Translations under genes and position numbers: made by a program
Shown here: positions 61,171 through 64,000 of the stretch, one piece after another
Numbering within the stretch: position 1 is the stretch's first letter
How the letters are laid out: every line of letters starts with the position of its first letter
DNA from: Podarcis erhardii
Taxonomy: Eukaryota
Length of the DNA stretch: 64,000 bases
Direction: 5' to 3' (one strand)
NCBI GenBank assembly: GCA_964252035.1
Contig: OZ176216.1
The notes under the pieces: model-generated
The model's input: only the letters and a program-made list of their open reading frames with translations
Databases searched by the model: none
Told to the model about the DNA's origin: nothing

Positions 61171-63283
61171 ATTAATGGCAAAGACAGCAGCTAGGAGCAA
61201 ACAGTTGGTGTGGCAATTAAAACGGGAAGTTTAAGCATCGCACAGTGTGAATGCGGCACGTGGACGAAAATGGGTCGGGAGGGGAGGGGTAAAGTTTCCC
61301 CTTGAAGAAGAGAGGCACAGTTCTCACCACCAAGCTGGGCTGCACCATTTCAGACTGTAGGGAGGGGTCAGGGCTGGAGAGGGGCTCACAGGATGGAATG
61401 TTCCCCCTTACAAGCCCCCTCCAAATTAGGGCTGAACTGGAAGTTCTCCGTTGGGAACCTTTTGTTTAGAAAACTGGGAAGCCTGACAAGGCACCATTTC
61501 AGCAACTTGGGGAGTGAGAGGGCTTGAGGTTTGTGCTTCTTTTCTTTAAAGCATCTGAATATCTTGAAAACAGGTGGTAGCTGCTGCAGAGGTCCTATTG
61601 CCAGCTGCTTCCTGTCAGCTGCCTTCCCTCTGCTGCCCCACACCCAGAAGGGCCCAGATGGGGCACGGCCACACCTGCAGCCCAAAGTGGTGCAGCTCAG
61701 GTGCCAGTTGAGCCCCTCAGTTGAGAACCAGGCCTACATTTGTCTTCAGCCAGATCAACTTTGCTAATCCATTGTTCTTTGTGCTTAAAACAAATCTGTG
61801 TTGTGCTTAAATCTTCATCTGCTCCCAGCAGGATGCTCAGTAACCCGTAGTGCCTTTCCTAACACTGTCACGGCATTTATTATTATCTAAATCCTCTTAC
61901 GTGACAAATTCAAGGGATCCTCTGTATTCTTTCCTATGGTTCTGTGGCCAGCGTGTCATGCATCGCAAAAGGTCTCGACCAAACGCTTGATAGAGCAGAT
62001 TGCCTGTTGAAGTGGTTAACAAGTCAACAGTTATTGATCCTAAATATTGCTGTAATACTTTTTAACATTTCAGATATACTAATGATGAACAAGTCAGAAA
62101 CACTTAAGGAGAACGTTAAACCTGCATTCCACATGGTGGAATTTGAGCTCTGAAGGGACTTTGGCGTCAGCATGGACATAAACGGGGGTATTTTCTACTT
62201 CAGAAAAAGAAAAAGAAAAAGAAAAAGCGTAAGAGTCTCAAAATGAACCCAAAAAGGCACAGCACTATCACTTCACATGGGTTTTCTGATAAGCTCATTT
62301 TGTTTCGTCCTTAAAATGCTAATTCCCTAAATAACTGTCGAAATATACAAAGCCTAAGAAACCAAAAGCAATACACACTGCTTAGTCCAAAGTAAAGTTG
62401 CTTCTTCTTTTAAAACAGAAAAGCAACAAAGGGCAGCTTATAACTACTTCTCCAGTGATCACAGCTCCCCCCATGCTCCCCCAAGGGGCAACATTGTATA
62501 GCCTCCCCACACACCCCTGGCTTTTCCCCACCCCCACACCTCCACCTCCCAATTCTTGTCCATTGATCTCTGGAGGGGCCTCCAACACACACTTAAGTTC
62601 TATGAAAATCCTGGACGTCCAACTCCAGCCTTCTTTTGACAACGGTATAGGGACCCTTTCGTCACAAGATCCAGGGGCTTGTCAGGGTTCATAAAGATCA
62701 GGAATTTCCTGGCGAGAGTCAACAGAAGAAGTGGAGATTGTGAGAGGCGCCATGTGAGTCCTATGAGGATCAGCTGCAGTCAAGTTCTACACCAGCAGCT
62801 CAGAGAAAGGTTGTTCAATCCCCAGCACGCTACGTTCCTGATTTGCTTCAATATCAGCGCACAACTTTGCAGCGTTCCAATGAAAAATGTATTGCTTTTA
62901 TTGCCAAGTAGCAAGGTGTCGTCCCATGTTTGCTACTCTTCTTGATCCCTTCCAGGCTTCCTCCGACAGGGGCTGCATGGTTTGCAGATCTCCTTCTTCC
63001 CTGCAAGTGTGTCGCCTCTTTCCTTTCAAAGTAGTCCCTTCTATCGAAAGTGCAGTACCTTGCCTCCACAACCCCTGCCATCGAGTTTCCTTGCAGAGCG
63101 AGTGATGCTCAGTCATTTCCCTGCTAGTACCAATTTAGGAGGGTTTGTATAGTCATCTGTTAAAGTCAAGGGTTGGGTCACAAACCATGAATTTTAGGGA
63201 TGGGACGTACATGGAAATCCACATGCATTTCCGTCCTTCACTTCAAACAATCCACCTTCCATCCGCAACACTCCAAAAACTTG

Positions 63284-63851
63284 CTAGTTCACCAAGACGT
63301 AGCCACCATGTTGGGGGTCAACAGTCTCCATCATTTCACAATCAAAGAGCCCTGGCAGCTCCACCAGGCCTAACGCCTCGTAGCTAGACTGGGATCCAGG
63401 AGGGTCAGAACTCCGCCGGCTGTCGGTCATTGCTACACTGCTCTGCTGGGTCGGGCCCAGGGGATATTGATGCTGGCTGGCATAGTCTGGTTCAGACGAG
63501 GTGCCAACGGGCAATTCGCAAGTCTGATAGGGATACTGCTGCTGTTGCAGGGGGATCTGCGAGGGCAGTCGAGAGGAACCGTGGATCGGGGGTGAGGGTG
63601 GCTGGTCAAGTTGAAGCTTCTGGTATTGGCTAAGGAAAGGGTCGTATTGCATTTGTTCGGCAGAAGGCTCCATGACGGGGCTCAGGGGCTGCACCAAACT
63701 GAACTGGGGAGGGGGGGGTGGCTGCTGCTCCTCGTGGCATGTGAGGGGCAGCTGGCTTGGTCTGGGGTAGGTACTTTCCGCTATTTGCATCTGGTTGAAA
63801 TACGCCTGCAGCTGGGATTGCTTCTGGAGAAACAGCCGCTTCTGGTGCAAC
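63284..63851 (-). CDS. SIK2: Salt-inducible kinase 2, last coding exon
   Basis: ctctctcgatcCAG|[51 protein letters not shown]; human ends LFDCEMLDAVDPQHNGYVLVN. Confidence 0.95.
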
Positions 63852-64000
63852 CTGGATCGAGAGAGACCAAGAAAAGTTGGTTCAGCCAGTTTCTTAAAAG
63901 CCATGCCACTTTCTTCTCCTCTAGAGGCAAGGATTCTAGCATCAGACATAAAAAATTGACATCCAGTCTAAACCTCCACTTGCAGCAAGGATCAGAAAAC

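Larger units (their letters stand above)
56759..63283 (-). other. SIK2: SIK2 3' UTR (extent uncertain)
   Basis: Unique, repeat-poor sequence after the stop; minus-strand AATAAA candidates at 59566-59571 and 56759-56764. Confidence 0.45.

Noticed and set aside
63852-63949. First 32 aa of the 221-aa ORF
   Set aside because: Intronic sequence upstream of the SIK2 last-exon acceptor

Overview
Vertebrate (squamate, probably lacertid lizard, judged from Sauria-SINE copies) genomic DNA syntenic with human 11q23.1. Spliced gene models were rebuilt by hand from GT-AG junctions, and reading frame is preserved across every junction. Genes: CRYAB (+, 3 exons, 174 aa); CFAP68/C11orf1 (-, 3 coding exons, ~156 aa); FDXACB1 (+, 5 coding exons, 629 aa), which shares a CpG-rich bidirectional promoter with CFAP68; ALG9 (+, 15 exons, 608 aa); and the last coding exon plus long 3' UTR of SIK2 (-). 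Introns and intergenic DNA contain hAT and Tc1/mariner-type MITEs, Sauria and tRNA-derived SINEs, CR1/L2/L1 fragments and microsatellites. Most entries in the supplied ORF track are spurious or exon read-throughs. There are no CRISPR arrays, rRNA or tRNA genes. I see no wholly new multi-gene system. The strongest leads are four. (1) No PPP2R1B is recognisable between ALG9 and SIK2, where mammals have it. (2) No intact HSPB2 exon 1 lies upstream of CRYAB, only a possible frameshifted relic under a muscle-type promoter. (3) A 270-bp fold-back Penelope-like element with a 12-bp TSD in ALG9 intron 5 carries two inverted minimal hammerhead-ribozyme cores. (4) An RFX X-box and an ETS-CRE composite sit in the CFAP68/FDXACB1 promoter. 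Homology statements rest on my recollection of human/bird sequences, not on database searches.
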